Assembly: GCA_038087875.1 (NCBI GenBank)
Contig: JAXLNO010003747.1
Coordinates: 124,001-188,000, forward strand
Direction: 5' to 3'
Length of the DNA stretch: 64,000 nt
Origin: Malacoraja senta
Taxonomy: Eukaryota
Part shown: positions 1-13,290 of the stretch, one piece after another
How positions within the stretch are numbered: the first letter of the stretch is position 1
Layout: each line of letters starts with the position of its first letter
Notes under the pieces: generated by a model
The model's database searches: none
Told to the model about the DNA's origin: nothing
The model's input: only the letters and a program-made list of their open reading frames with translations
Program-made: the position numbers and the translations under genes

Positions 1-47
1 TCCGGCTGCAAGAGAGAACAAGAACAAAAAAAATAGGAAAGATTCTT

Positions 48-400
48 AGTTTAGTTTAGAGAAACAGCGCGGAAACAGGAAATATTAACACTATCCTACC
101 CATACTCGGGACAATTTTGTTTTACATTTACCAAGCCAATTAACCTACAAACCTGTACGTCTTTGGAGAGTGGGAGGAAACCGAAGATCTAGAAGAACAC
201 CCACGCAGGCCACGGGGAGAACGTACAAACTCCATACAGACAGCACGCATGGTTGGGATCGACCCTGGGTCTCTGGCGCTGCAAGTGCTGTAAGGCAACA
301 ACTCTACCACTGTGCTGCCCACAGTTCTCTACCCACAATTATCCCCCTTCCTTTCAACAGAACACTGATTCTTCCTAAAGGGACAGCAAAGGTTGGATTT
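48..400 (-). mobile_element. tRNA-derived V-SINE (HE1-like)
   Basis: Pol III A/B-box head (GTGGCACAGTGG...GGGTCGATCCC), V-domain, (TAAAC)n tail. Confidence 0.88.
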
Positions 401-635
401 TTGGACATGATCCACCTGATATTTGCAGAATAATGAAAGGCATAGTGTGGATGTGGAAAGGATGTTTCCACTGGTGGGAGAGTCTAGGACCAGAGGTCAT
501 AGCCTCAGAATTAAAGGGTGCGCCTTTAGAAAGGAGGTGAGGAGGAACTTCATTGCCACAGAGTGTTGTGGAGTCCAAGTCAGTGGATATTTTTAAGGCA
601 GAGATAGACCAACTCTTGATTAGAACAAGAAATGT

Positions 636-802
636 GCTCTTGTGTGTTTAGAAGGAGACGGCGTTGCTCCTACTTGTCCACAAGCTGCTCTTCGGTTCAT
701 CACAAGACAACACAGGGGAACCACTGACAGAACAGCTCGTGCATCACAAGGAACTCGAGGCCCTCCTCGCTGGCTTGGAGATGAAGATCCTCTCAGATGC
801 TT
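636..802 (+). repeat. Inverted partial copy of the SUN exon region 6873-7039 (acceptor plus 151 coding nt) inside a downstream SUN intron
   Basis: 167-nt ungapped match to the reverse complement of 6873-7039; 6 mismatches counted by eye (~96%). Confidence 0.92.
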
Positions 803-1038
803 GCTGTCTGGATCAGGCCAACAGCCTTTACCCTAGAACACATTCCAAGAGTAACCAATGTGTTTGCAGGGATGGTGAAGCAGTGGACATCAGAAGACAC
901 ACACTAGTTGTGGTGCCCCCAACATCAGCTCTTGAAGTTGTGGACCTATAGCGTCCCTGTATCTTGCTGCCTCTAGGAGAGGATTCGAAGGTCACTGCTT
1001 TCAAGACAGAAAGGAGCAGCAGTACAAGGATTATATAC

Positions 1039-1151
1039 TTGAATTACAGCTCTGGGTGAGTGAGATTGGTACCACAGCGGAATGCCAAACAGACCAAGAA
1101 TAGTCTTGGTCTCTAACGTCTCTGTGCAGCGAGTGTGGATCACACTTCCAC
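1039..1151 (-). CDS. SUN2: SUN-domain gene exon (start of SUN domain incl. KASH-lid): GGSVIHTRCTETLETKTILGLFGIPLWYQSHSPRAVIQ
   Basis: Acceptor ttcccttgttag|, donor CAA|gtatat, 113 nt, phase 1 to 0. Matches the SUN1/SUN2 motif TRCSETYETKTALxSLFGIPLWYxSQSPRV. SUN2 over SUN1 is a judgement from motif similarity, not a phylogeny. Confidence 0.92.
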
Positions 1152-1461
1152 CTAACAAGGGAAAACAGAATCATTATCATATCACTGAATGGACAAAGTT
1201 GATCATGAATCCTTCAAGAAATATGCAGGTTTGCAGAGAACTGCAAAACTCTGGCAGAGGGATTGGAAAGTTTTTGCTTGAGTGCTGACCACTAAGAAGA
1301 ACTTTCCAATTTGTCCAATAACTCAACACATCCAGCACAACTGCAGAAATTATTTAATGTTACAATCACAATTGTTTAAGTAAACTTGAAAGCAAATTTT
1401 CATACCATGTCCAACAGGTTGGAGCACAGAATCCAGCTGAAACTTTCAATACACAGCTGAA

Positions 1462-1480
1462 TGGCCACCAGGTGGCAGTG
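1462..1480 (+). promoter_or_regulatory. Predicted CTCF site
   Basis: TGGCCACCAGGTGGCAGTG, close to consensus CCASYAGRKGGCRS. Confidence 0.55.
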
Positions 1481-1579
1481 GTTGGATAAGTACCCTCCCA
1501 AATCTCAACCATTTACTTGCTCTCATCATTTTTCCATTCAATACAACTATAATAAACAAGGAGTGTATTATATTATTTA

Positions 1580-3440
1580 TAATAAACTCATATACTACAA
1601 CAATTCCCATTTAAAATAGTAAATGAAAAATTTAAATATCTAGGAATTTATGTCACTAAGACATATGCATCATTATTTAAATTAAATTTCCCCCATTACT
1701 GAATAAACTTCATAAGAATATTCAGTACTGGAAAACACTTCCTATTTCAATGGTTGGTAAAAATTAATGCCATAAAAATGATTTTTCTACCGCAAATATT
1801 ATACCTTTTTCAAACAATTCCGATATACTTGCCAAAAAACGTTTTCAAAAAGTTGGATTCCATTATTACTGATTTTATCTGGGATTATAAGAATCATAGG
1901 ATAAGCAAAAAACATTTGTGCAAATCAAAAATAAATGGAGGTTTAGTTTTACCAAATTTTGTTGTTTTATTTTTGGGCAGTTAACATTAAAAATATGAAT
2001 TTTTGGTTGGAAGAAATGGATCAACAACCGGATTGGTTAAAAATGGAAAAGGAAGATTGTTTACCCTTTGAAATTGGCTCGATACCATTTGCTACTTCGA
2101 AATTGAACAAAAAAATTTATAGGGAAAATCCTATAATATACAGTGGTGTGCGAATTTGGAAACAATTAAAAAAGACATTAAAATTGGATAATTTATCACT
2201 TTTTCTTCCCATTGTGAATAGCCCTTTATTTAAACCTTCTTGGTTGGATAAAGGTTTCATACAATGGAAAAATTATGGAATTAAAATGATGGGACAACTT
2301 TATAAGAAAGGCACATTTCTTTCATTTCAGGAGCTACAACAGACTTATGGACTCCATTTAAATGATTTTTTCAGATATCTACAACTTAGAGATTGTTAAA
2401 GCAAATACTCAAAACTTTAGAACTAGAGATTCAGAAATCTTTGATGACTGTTTGAATAAACATCCTAATACAGAAAAATCAATATCTCACATTTATAATA
2501 CCTTATTAGATAGTGAGATACCATCGACGGACTTATATAGGCAAACATGGGAAAAGGAACTAAATCAAACAATAACGAAAGATACTTGGGAAGAAAGTTT
2601 ACAACACATACATCAATGTTCATTAAATGCCAGATACTCTCTAATACAATTCAATGTATTGCATAGATTACATTATTCTAAAACAAAACTAAATAGAATC
2701 TTCCCACATATCTCCCCTATTTGTGATAAATGTCAACATTTAGATGCTAACTTAACTCATACATTTGCGAATTGTATAAAAAATTAAAAAATTCTGGGCA
2801 GACATTTTTAGAATAATATCTATAGTTGTAAACACTCAATTGGATCCTGATTCAAAATTAATACTATTAGGAATATTAGAACAAAATCAAACATTTACAA
2901 CAACTCATGAAACTTTATTGATTATAGTATAATAACTGGAAAAAAATTAATACTAAAATTTTGGAAAGGTCCTATAACCCCCACAATTAAAATGTGGATT
3001 ATAGAAATGTCGGAGACCTTACATTTGGAAAGAATTAGACTTGTCCTAATGGACAAACAAGAATTATTTATCAGAACATGGTCTCCATTTATTGATTATT
3101 TGAAGGGTCAGAATGGTTCAACACGAGAACCTGACTAAAACTCGAGCCAAGGATTAGATGAAAAGTTATACTTTGAAATGTACGAATATATCTCTAATGA
3201 AGTATTTTCAGTAAGTTATTCCATTCTTCTTTATTATCTCTTTCTTTTTTTTTCTCTTTGTCTTTTTATTCTTTTCTTTCTTTCTGCTACTCTCTTATTT
3301 TCTATCTATATAAAAAAAACTATTGGAGACAACACGAATAATGTTTGATAATATTAGTAATGTAGAAATGAAATACATGTAATGATTTCAATATGATGTG
3401 TATTTGATCCAATAAAAATATCATTCAAAAAAAATAAAAA
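1580..3440 (+). mobile_element. 5'-truncated, decayed L1 fragment (ORF2 3' part, 3' UTR, A-tail)
   Basis: ORF-track pieces INAIKMIFLPQILYLFQ, PICDKC resemble the full-length ORF2; frameshifts and stops; A-rich tail ~3427. Confidence 0.92.
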
Positions 3441-5548
3441 TAAACAAGGAGCTGTTTTTGCAAAAATTAAGCACAATGATAAAGATTTCTGTAACATCAA
3501 ATGGGAGTAAAATTTCTACCCGCTGACCCAGATATAAAAACATTGTTATTTGTGGGCAGTTAGCTGGGAACATGTGCAACCAATGACTGCTGTCTGCATA
3601 GGTTCTTTGTCTCAATTATATAAAGCCATATAGCATTACATCTGACCTAGTTTAAAGACTAACCAGAAAGGACAATTTATCTTGTAGAACATATATTTCT
3701 CATATATTGTAGAACATATATTTACATCGCAGGAACAGGCCCTTTTGTCCCACTGTGTCTACACCAACCATGATGTCAGCCTAACTCATCCCATCTGACT
3801 GGACATGGTCTACATCCCTCTACTCCCTGTCTGTACATGTATCTGTCCAAATGCCTTTTAAAGATTACTATTGTATCTGCTTCCACCACCTCCCCTGACA
3901 ACACACCTACAGCTGTGCAAGAAAAACTTGCCTCACACATCTCCTTTAAACATCCCCCCTCTCACCTTCACTCTATGCCCTCGCGTATTTGACATTTTCA
4001 CACTGGGGAAAGACTGCCTACTCTATCTATATATCTCTCATAATTTTATATACTTCTATCAGGTCTCGTCTCAGCCTCTGACGCTCCAGCAAAAACACTC
4101 CGTTTGTCCAACCTCCACTATAGCTAATATTCTATTCTAACATTCTGTCTAATCCAGGCAGCATCCAGGTCATTCTGCAGATGGCTGAAACCTGAAGTAG
4201 ATCTTCAGCTTTCTACACAATTCCAATTGTCCAATGAGAAGAACCAAGCTTCTATCCACATTTCAAACCATGAGCGTGTCTTCTTTTCTTGCACTTCTAC
4301 AGGTGTTTAAGATTTCATTCGTCTGCCACTAGTTGCATTTCCACCGATCCAGCTGGTATCGACATTCATCTCAAATATCTCCTGGTCTCCAGTCTATCTA
4401 TTTTGTTCTCACTTTCTCTGCAACGTAAACTTTGCTTCACGGAATAAAACTGGCCAACCAACAGAAGATGGGAGCAATTAAATCAGGGCAGCACAGTGAC
4501 GGATCGGTAAACCTCCTGCCTGACAGCACCAGGGACTTGGGTTTGATCCTGACTACGGGTGCTGTCTGTACGGAGTTTGTACATTCTCCCTGTGACCGCA
4601 TGGGTTTTCTCCTGGTGCTCTGGTATCCTCCCACACTCCAGAGATGTACAGGTTTGTAGGTTAATTGTAAGTTGTAAAATTGGCCAGAGGGCAGAATAAG
4701 ACCCATCTTTTCTTCATACGCATTAAATGACTTGGAGTTCCAGATTTGCAGATGATACTGTGAACTGGGGATATTCATGGAATTGGAGGCAAATACAGAA
4801 TTGGGTTTGAACAGCTGTAATTCAAATGTGAAATATTTCATTTTGGGAGGAGGAATAAGGCAATGTAAACTAGAGGGCACAATTCTAAAAGGAGTGAAGA
4901 AACAACAGTGTCTCTGGAATGGGTGACGTTTTGGGTCGAGACCCTTCATCAGACCTTCACATCCTTCTTACACACGTGGGTGATATATGTGCTTAGTTTA
5001 CTGAAAGAAGGAAGTTTAGGATGTTGTTTAAAAACGCCTGTACTTTATAAATAACGGCTCAGGGTACAAGAACAAAGAAGTGATGGGGAACTTTGTAAAA
5101 CACAGGCTTGGCCACAGCTGGAGTAGTGCATCCAGTCCTGGCTGCCTTGCCCTCAGAAAGGCATGAAGCTTCGGAGAGAGTGCACAAGAGAGTAACCAAT
5201 GTGTTTGCAGGGATGGTGGAGCAGTGGACAGAATGAAGATGGCCGATGGTGCCCCAGGACAAGGCCATCCCACCGATGGCTCGGCCTTTAAATGAGTTGT
5301 GGCTGGCGCAACATCAAACAGTTACAAGTTAAATTAACATTCAGCAGTGTGAACCTCAGCAGCTCTGGGGAAACCTGTACTGTCAACATAGATTTGTACT
5401 TGTCTATTCAGGACATATTGCCCAGTGTGAAAGAGACCCCATTCCACAGGAGCAAGTCAAACATGACTAAAGTGCCAGCCCACACAACACCCTTTCAGTC
5501 TGTTACATTCAGAGTTTTACTTGGCCCGGGCTTTTGTCTGATACTTAC

Positions 5549-5633
5549 CAGCAGATTCCAGTGCATAATTCACCAATCCAACCCTGTCAGTGCTGTACAG
5601 TTTCAGGGCTTGCTCCACAATGCTTTTCACTTC
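5549..5633 (-). CDS. SUN2: SUN gene exon: EVKSIVEQALKLYSTDRVGLVNYALESAG
   Basis: ttggtag| acceptor, G|gtaagt donor, 85 nt, phase 0 to 1, joins in frame to 1039-1151. Resembles human SUN2 YSEDRIGLADYALESGG. Not in the ORF track. Confidence 0.92.
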
Positions 5634-6810
5634 CTACCAAAGAATAAAACAACAATAATCTGGGATAAGAAGGGGGCAGTAGAGGGCAATAGAGTGCAGA
5701 GCCCACACACATACAGAAACCAGACGGGCAATGCTCCCTTCAACAGTTCCCACAAAATGATCCCTCTTATCCATTCCCATAATCTGGAATTAGCAAGGTG
5801 TAATAAAAGTGAGCGATGGAGAGCCCAAGTATACTGCATAAAAGGCAGCAGGATTATGTGATCAGGTCAATAATTATTACAGTACATTGTCATGGATAGG
5901 ACAGGTTTGGAGGGATATGGTGCAAACGCAGGCAGGTGGGACTAGTGTAGCTGGGACATGTTGGCCGGTGTAGACTGATGCAATGTTCCATTCAGTTTGA
6001 CATTGCCTTACTACCTGTCCTTCACAGAAAGGTTCCTGAAGAAAACTACCTGTGACCACGTGATCAAGGTAGAACGAGCTAAAGGCACTGTGGGAGAAGG
6101 ACTCGATGGATCCCATTAGATGGCTCCCCAAGCAGACAGAGGAACTCGCCAACAGTAGTGTGAGGAGCCCTCCCAGTCAGACCCTGCCTGCTCTGTCAGA
6201 AAAGCACCCCACTGCACGCTGCCATTGAGATGGTTGTGGTGTGGACAACATTCACCTCCTTATGCACTGGGTGTTTGACAGGAAGGTCAGAAGAAGAATG
6301 CAAGGGCTCTTGTCATGGTTCACCCTGAGCAGTTGTGCATCAGTGATCTAGGAGCTGTTCACAGGGACGCACAACAAGATAAATGTCAACTGCTGCTGGA
6401 AGATCATTATCTCAGCGGAAGACTCACTTTGGTCTGCCTAAACATTGATCTTCCTGCATAAGATGTAGGTAAATAAATTGCTGCCGACTGGCACATTCCA
6501 GGGTGTGAGAGTATGTGGTGTGAGGGACACACTGAAGCTCAGTGTAGTCACTGCAGAGGCTGTGGGGTAGTGGCCTTGGTCTAAGGTCCGGCCACCACTA
6601 GACACTGAGGGACTCTCAGACACTTCATGGGAGCACTGTTTAAGGATGTGGTGTTCATTGACACATTGCAAGTGAAAGTGCTGAATTGATGGAACGTAGA
6701 GTAAGACATGCCACAATTTCATTAACTGTATATATTATGAATACATTACTTTTCTGAAATACAATAGTCTGTTCCAGAGTTAGAGCCACTGGCTGCTTGC
6801 ATGCTTGTAC

Positions 6811-7023
6811 CTTAATAATCCCTGCTCTGACAGCTGCCGAGTGTGTCTCCATTGCCGGACCAGGATAAAGTGAAGCATCTGAGAGGATCTTCTTCTCCAA
6901 GCTAGCGAGGAGGGCCTCGAGTTCCTTGTGATGCACCAGCTGTGCTGTCAGTGGTTCCCCTGTGCTGTCTTGTGATGAACCGAAGAGCAGCTTGTGGACA
7001 AGTGGGAGCAACGCCGTCTCCTT
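6811..7023 (-). CDS. SUN2: SUN gene exon (luminal region): KETALLPLVHKLLFGSSQDSTGEPLTAQLVHHKELEALLASLEKKILSDASL...AGIIK
   Basis: gtgtttag| acceptor, AAG|gtacaa donor, 213 nt, phase 0 to 0. Similar to SUN1 KLLF...DLQTMLRDLQLQIL...GIT. Confidence 0.85.
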
Positions 7024-9898
7024 CTAAACACACAAGAGCTGGATAGTCAGTGCTCCTCCTTCTAGACATTGAAATCAATGCAAAGCAGTATCTTTGTCAT
7101 CGTAAAAAATACATTTTACAATTGTTGATCCTTTGGCGAGGGAGACAAGGCAAGGGAATACATTATAGCTGAAAGGATACCGAACTGTGGTGGGGAACAG
7201 AAAGATCTTGGAGAGCTTGTTGTGTACGAAGGAAATGCAGATGCTGGTTTACGCTGAAGATAGACACAAAATGCTGGAGTTACTCAGCAGACCAGGCAGC
7301 ATCTAATGCTCCAGAGATGCTGTCCATCCCGCTGAGTTACTCCAGCATTTTGTGTCTATCTTTAGAGAGCTTGTTCATGCGCCTTTGAAGATAGTGGGAC
7401 AGGCATCTTGGAACTGTTAGCTCAGCTGTACCTGTAACATTGTGTGGATTCTGGTTGCCTCCCTACAGGATTGATGGGAGTTCACTAGAGAGGCACAAGA
7501 AATGTTTACGACCTTGGCAGGACTGCAGAAGAAAGGTTGCAAGGAGAGAGTCGCCAGGAACTGCAGCAGGTAGATTGTTTGAGTGGCTATAATATTATAG
7601 AAAAAAAGAAAAAATGCTGGAGTAACTCAGCGGGACAGGCAGCATCTCTGGAGAGAAAGAATGGATCATGTTTCGGATTGAGACCCTTTTTCAGACGTCT
7701 CGACCTGAAATGTCATCCATCCCCCCCCCCCCCCCCCCCCCAGAGATGCTGCCTGTCTCACTGATGTCTATCTGTGGTGTAAACCAGCATCTGCAGTTCC
7801 TTCCTACACATAAGGCGATGATATTTTGACTGGTTCATTCAGAGTAAACAAGGTAACCATCTTTCCTACACAAAGTTGGAAATGTAATTCAATTAGCAAG
7901 TCAAGTCAAGTGAGTTTATTGTCATGTGTCCCTGGTAGGACAATGAAATTCTTGCTTTGCTTGAGCACAACAGAACATAGTAGGCATTTACTACAAATTC
8001 TATAAATATATACACAATGGTCAATATACTGATAAAGTGCAAATAACAGTATTGGCTAGTAAAGTTCAGTGTTATGTCCGAGCCAGGTTTAATAGGCTGA
8101 TGGCTGTGGGGAAGTAGCACAAGGGTTTGATGCAATTAGTACAGTGGGCCAAGGGTTCACTGCCTGAATGGTTGTTGGAAGCAGAACTCACATTTACTGG
8201 GCACCTGGACCAGCAGTAGAAGAGGCTGTGAGTGAGATTCACCTGGCCTCCCAGCACGTAAAACAGAAGATGGGAACTATAGGTCAATTGACAGATACAT
8301 GGATAGGACAGGTTTGGAGGGATATGGACCAAACGCAGGCAGGTGGGACCAGTGTAGCTGGGACATGTTGGTGGGTTTGGGGGAGTTGGGCCGAAGGGTC
8401 TGTTTCCACATTGTACCACTCTATGATTCTAATTCATCCAGCACTCATAGTTCACAAGAGGAAATAACTAATCATTTGGTAAGCTGCATCTAATCAAACG
8501 TAGCCGACATGGTTTAATGAAAATCATGTGTGATAAAACTTGACAGGATGTGATAGGGAGTTGATAAGGGAAACCTGTAAATGTAGGAGGAAGGAACTGC
8601 AAATGCTGGTTTAAACCAAAGATAGACACAATAAGCTGGAGTAACTTAGCGGCTCAGATAGCATCTCTGGAGAAAAGGACTTTTCTATTTGTTTTCTCCA
8701 GAGATGCTGTCTGACCCGCTGAGTTACTCCAGCTTTTTGTGTCTATCTCCTGTAAATGTAATGTGTATTTAGATCTCCAAAAGGCATTTGCCACATATGA
8801 GGACAAATGTGCTAACATGGACTGAAAGGTGGAAGTGATATAGAAAAACAAGTTAGAATAAATGCGTGAAAACTGCAGATGGAATAAATGTGAAAAACAA
8901 AATGCTGGGAGCACTCGGGTCAGGCTGCATCTGTAGCCAGAGAAACAGAATTCATGTTTCAAGTCAAAGACCCTTCGTCAGAACTGGGGAGGCGACAACA
9001 GAAACTTGTAAAGCTGCACAGGTGGGTGGATGACTCTGATAGTGTCAAACCAGGTGGCCATGGGGATAAGCTGCACACAAAGTTATCTGGTCAAGGAGTG
9101 AATATGAGCGGTTAGGTTCTATATAAGGAAAATAGACAAAGATCGTAGCAGTTGCAAAATGCAGAGCAAGAAGACATGTCTAGGAAGGAACGGCAGATGC
9201 TGTTTAAACCGAAGATAGACAACGGGACAGGCTGCATCTCTGGAGAGATGGAATGGGTGACGTTTCACGTGGAGACGCTGTTCAGACAAGACATGTCTAG
9301 CAGGTCAGCATGGACATGCCCTCCACTTTTGGATAGAGATTTTAAAAAACAAGCCAACTCAATTATCACAAATGGACAACTGATACTAACAGAGGAATCA
9401 AGTTACCCAAGATTATCAAATTCCGTTCAAGCCCAGAGGACTGCCAAGAGCACAAATGGAAGGTGAGATGCCATTCCTCAAGATTGCTTTGAGCCTCATT
9501 GCAACAGTGCAGGAAGTCACAGACTGTTCATTCACTCCCACATCCAAGAGTCAGAATGAGATAACAGGAAGCTCAGGAGTGCCCCATGGATCCAACACAG
9601 GTGCTCCACAAAGTGGAAACCCAACGCCTGTTTGGTTTCTCCAATGTTGAGGACACCACGTCGTGAACACAGGGAAAGGAGCAGAGGGGGAAAAGGAGAG
9701 ACAGTGAGAGAAAGGGAAGAACACAGTAGAGAGGGAGGGAGAGAGTGAGAGTTGGGTGTTAAAGAAGGGGAGGGAAGAGGGCAAGTTACTTTCCACACTT
9801 TCCTCTTCACCTCAATCTCTTTGATCATCTCCAAGGTAGACGAAGTGCTAAGTTTTGGCCTTTTGCAGTTAAATAAAAAACTATTTGGGAAAACTTAC

Positions 9899-10055
9899 AT
9901 CAGTCATACTTTTAATTCTGTTTTCCAAAGCTTGCATGCTGGAGTCTACGTCCTTCTGTGCCGCACGTACAGCCTGCAGCTCCAGCCGTGTCTGGCTGAG
10001 CTGCTCCTCCAGCAGCACCAGTGCAGTCAGAAGCTGCTTCTGTTCATCTGTCAAC
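9899..10055 (-). CDS. SUN2: SUN gene coiled-coil exon: (R)LTDEQKQLLTALVLLEEQLSQTRLELQAVRAAQKDVDSSMQALENRIKSMTD
   Basis: tatag| acceptor, GAT|gtaagt donor, 157 nt, phase 2 to 0, heptad-like; phase fits the 7023 exon. Confidence 0.72.
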
Positions 10056-10840
10056 CTATAATAATAATAATCAATATAATTTTATTAGCCAAGTATGTAT
10101 ACATACAAGAACTTGCCTTGATGCTTTGGTTGCAAGGATGAAAACATGATATACAGTAGACAATTAAAAATAAAACATTATAATTTAAACATGTGGAAAT
10201 AAAGTACCAGAGTAAAAAGAGGCTACATATTTTTGGCTGTTGAGTAGAGCTACTGCTTGTGGAAAAATACTGTTTTTATGTCTGGCTGTGGCCCAGATCA
10301 AATCTGTCCTATACAGGACAAAGCAAGTCATCAGGGTGCAGGAGCAGAGGCGGCACAGTGGTGCAGAGTAGAGCTACGGCCTTACAGCACCAGAGACCCG
10401 GGTTCAATCCTGACTACCGGTGTAAGGGTGATCGTTGGTCTGCACGGACTCGGTGGGCCGAAGGGCCTGTTTCCACGCTGTACCTCGAAACTAAAAAATG
10501 ACGTTGACCTGTTTCACACAGCAACCGACGAAGCCCCCCTCCCCAGGGCTACTGCTACTCCACTCCTGTCTGGAAACACACAGCATCAGCATTATACTGC
10601 TCACAGCTCAGCCACAGGCATACCTGCTGCTGTGCCATACCCCAGGGGCATCTTGATGCATCTGCAGATACTGTGGCCGACAACATCAACACCAAAACAT
10701 TTGTGGCATGATGACACTGATATGACGCCGGCAGTGACCGAACAAATTGTAAAGTGGGGCAGGCCGTTAAATGAGTTATTTATCTCTATCGTTGTGAGCA
10801 GTTGATTAAGTCTGGAAACTGTCGCAGCGCAGCTCTGCAC

Positions 10841-10884
10841 CTTTCCACAGCAGATTCCATTTCCTTCACCTTCTGCAACAACAT
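10841..10884 (-). CDS. Probable upstream SUN coiled-coil exon: MLLQKVKEMESAVE(R)
   Basis: Strong acceptor tttttaatttctattcctag|, weak donor AAG|gtgcag, 44 nt, ends in phase 2, matching the 10055 exon. Confidence 0.45.
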
Positions 10885-11468
10885 CTAGGAATAGAAATTA
10901 AAAACAAAGTTTATTTTCAAGTTTGGAGGCTTATTAATTCTACTCACAGCTACTTATTTCACAACATACACGTCAAATTTACAAATATGTAATGCAGGAA
11001 AGTCACTTTTCCATACTTCATATTTCCTTATGACATAGGCCATTTCAGCCCATCAAATCAATGCCAGCTCTCAGAGAATCCCAGTCCTTAACAAATTCTC
11101 CTTGAAACTAGTTCCTCACAAATTCCCATCAATTGCCCGCAGAATCCACCATTCAATTGAAAGCAAACTTCACTGAACTGTAGCAGCTTAACACCCAGAA
11201 GATGTGAAATGCAGGGAATTCTCTGTCCAAGTGACTACGGAGTCCAGACTTGAGACCAGTTCAACACTGAGATGACTGGCCTTAATATTACGTAACTGAG
11301 AGTATGGCCTTAAATGGTGCCGAGATAAATGGTCTGACTGAAAGGCAGAGCAGCTGAGGGCAGCATGGTGGAACCAGAGGCCCAGGTTCGATCCCGACTA
11401 CGGGTGCTATCTGTACGGAGTTTGTACATTCTCCCCGTGACCTGCGTGGACGTTCTCCAGGTGCTCCG

Positions 11469-11846
11469 GCTTTGGTATGAAAACGCTAAAGCCGCCTTTG
11501 GTTTGAAAACGCTAATGTTGCCTTTGGTTTGAAAACGCTAAAGCCGCCTTTGGTTTGAAAACGCTAAAGCCACCTTTGGTTTGAAAACGCTAAAGCCGCC
11601 TTTGGTTTGAAAACAGCTAAAGCTGCCTTTGGTTTGAAAACAGCAAAAGCTGTCTCGTTTGAAAACGCTAATGCTGCCTATGGTTTGAAAACGCTAAAGT
11701 TGCCTAAGGTTTGAAAACGCTATGTGGACAAAAGTGCTGGAGAAACTCAGCGGGTGTAGCAGCATCTATGGAGCGAAGGAAATGGGCAACGTTCCAAAAC
11801 GCTATCGTTGCCTAAGGTTTGAAAACGCTAAAGTTGCCTTTGGTTT
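11469..11846 (+). repeat. ~26-bp minisatellite (AAACGCTAAAGCCGCCTTTGGTTTGA)n, resuming at 13291-13357
   Basis: Roughly 12 units visible, interrupted by a Penelope-repeat fragment (~11722-11795) and an L1 fragment. Confidence 0.9.
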
Positions 11847-13290
11847 CTATTACTGGGCGACTAATATCAAAAACGTAATCTACTGGATGGATGACACATG
11901 CCAACAGGTAAACTGGTTAAAAATGGAGAGGGAAGATTGTTTGCCTTTTAATATAGCGCAATTCTTCTTTCTCCAACACATCTGAATAAATCAATGTATG
12001 AGCAAAATCCGATAATACACAGTACCCTACGCATTTGGAAACAGGTGAAATCAAACCTCAAACTGAGAAATTTCTCTCTCCTTTTACCAATCGCTAATAA
12101 ACCCTCGTTTAAACCGTCTAATTTAGATAAGGCATTTGCACAATGGAAAAACTCAGGAATTTAAACGGTGGGAGATCTTTACGAGAAGGGGATTTTCCTC
12201 TCGTTTCAAGAATTACAGGAGAAATATCACTTGAAAGCAAGTAATTCTTTCAGATATCTTCAAATCCGAGACTATGTGAAAACATATACACAAGACTGTC
12301 ACTCTATGGGTCCAGATATACTAGATGACTGCATGAATAGACATGTTGATACAAGCAAGTTAATATCCTACATTTACAATACTCTTTTAACTGCATACAT
12401 CCCATCTTCTGAGAGGCATAGGCGAGCATGGGAATACAAATTGGGTTTATTAATTTCAAAAGATAGCTGGGAGGAAAGCCTTCTATACATACACTACTGC
12501 TCTCTCAATGTTCGGCACTCCCTGATACAATTTAAAATACTGCATAGACTCTACTATTCAAAGACCAAATTAAACAAGATCTTCCCAAATGTCTCTCCTA
12601 TTTGTGATAAATGTCTCTTCCAAAAAGCGACTATAACCCATTCATTTTCCTCCTGTATAAAGTTACAAAACTTCTGGAGGGGAATATTTGATATCTTCTC
12701 CAAAATACTTAACATTAAATTGGAACCAGATATAAAACGGATCACTTTAGGTATGTCAGATGCCTGCTCTAAATTAACGACATTCCAAAGACGTTTCCTC
12801 AACTATGGCCTAATAACGGCGAAAAAATTAATACTCAAATTCTGGAAACAGATAACAGTCCCTACAGTGAAGATGTGGATTACTGATGAGTCCGATACAC
12901 AACATTTGGAAAATATTAGTTTTGTCTTGGCGGGAAAAGCAGATCAATTTCTTAAGACATGGTTCCCTTTTACTGAAATTCTGCAACAACAGAATGGTTA
13001 AACACAAATTTAAACCCGATGCCAGGGATAGGTGAGGGGGGAAGGTATATTTCCATTTTTTTTTCTTATTTCTTTTCTTTCTCTTGCACTTCTTTGGTAC
13101 CTTAGGGTCTATTTTCTAGCTTGTTCTTATTTTACTTCTCTTTCGTCATTCTTTTATTTTCTCTCTCTTTTTTTTCGATTTAGGTTCTAACGTTAAAAAT
13201 GAAGCTGTACAATAATTGTATAAGTGTTATGTCGATTGCCTTATCCTTGTATAATCGCTTCTAATAAAAGAAATTCAAAAATAAATAAAC
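11847..13290 (+). mobile_element. 5'-truncated L1 fragment inserted in a minisatellite
   Basis: FYYWATNIKN...HRLYYSKTKLNKIFPNVSPICDKC; AATAAA and A-rich end near 13260-13290. Confidence 0.9.

Noticed and set aside
848-889. ~40-bp match to 5187-5229
   Set aside because: Both translate to decayed CR1 ERVQKRFTRMLPGM-like sequence; too short to separate a local duplication from a shared repeat.
5627-5839. Hydrophobic 70-aa ORF resembling a SUN2 TM region
   Set aside because: It lies in the intron just before the real 5633 exon, is out of order for an N-terminal domain and overlaps the polypyrimidine tract.
7719-7740. Long poly-C/poly-G runs (also ~15784-15800, 22480-22495)
   Set aside because: Homopolymers inside repeats; lengths unreliable and no added structure.
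9790-9862. Possible extra SUN exon (PKLSTSSTLEMIKEIEVKRKVWK)
   Set aside because: Would need a ~37-nt intron and its phase does not fit; 9899 joins 7023 cleanly without it.
11469-11846. CRISPR-like array (GTTT...AAAC repeats)
   Set aside because: Units are contiguous with no unique spacers, there are no cas genes, and the context is vertebrate: a minisatellite.
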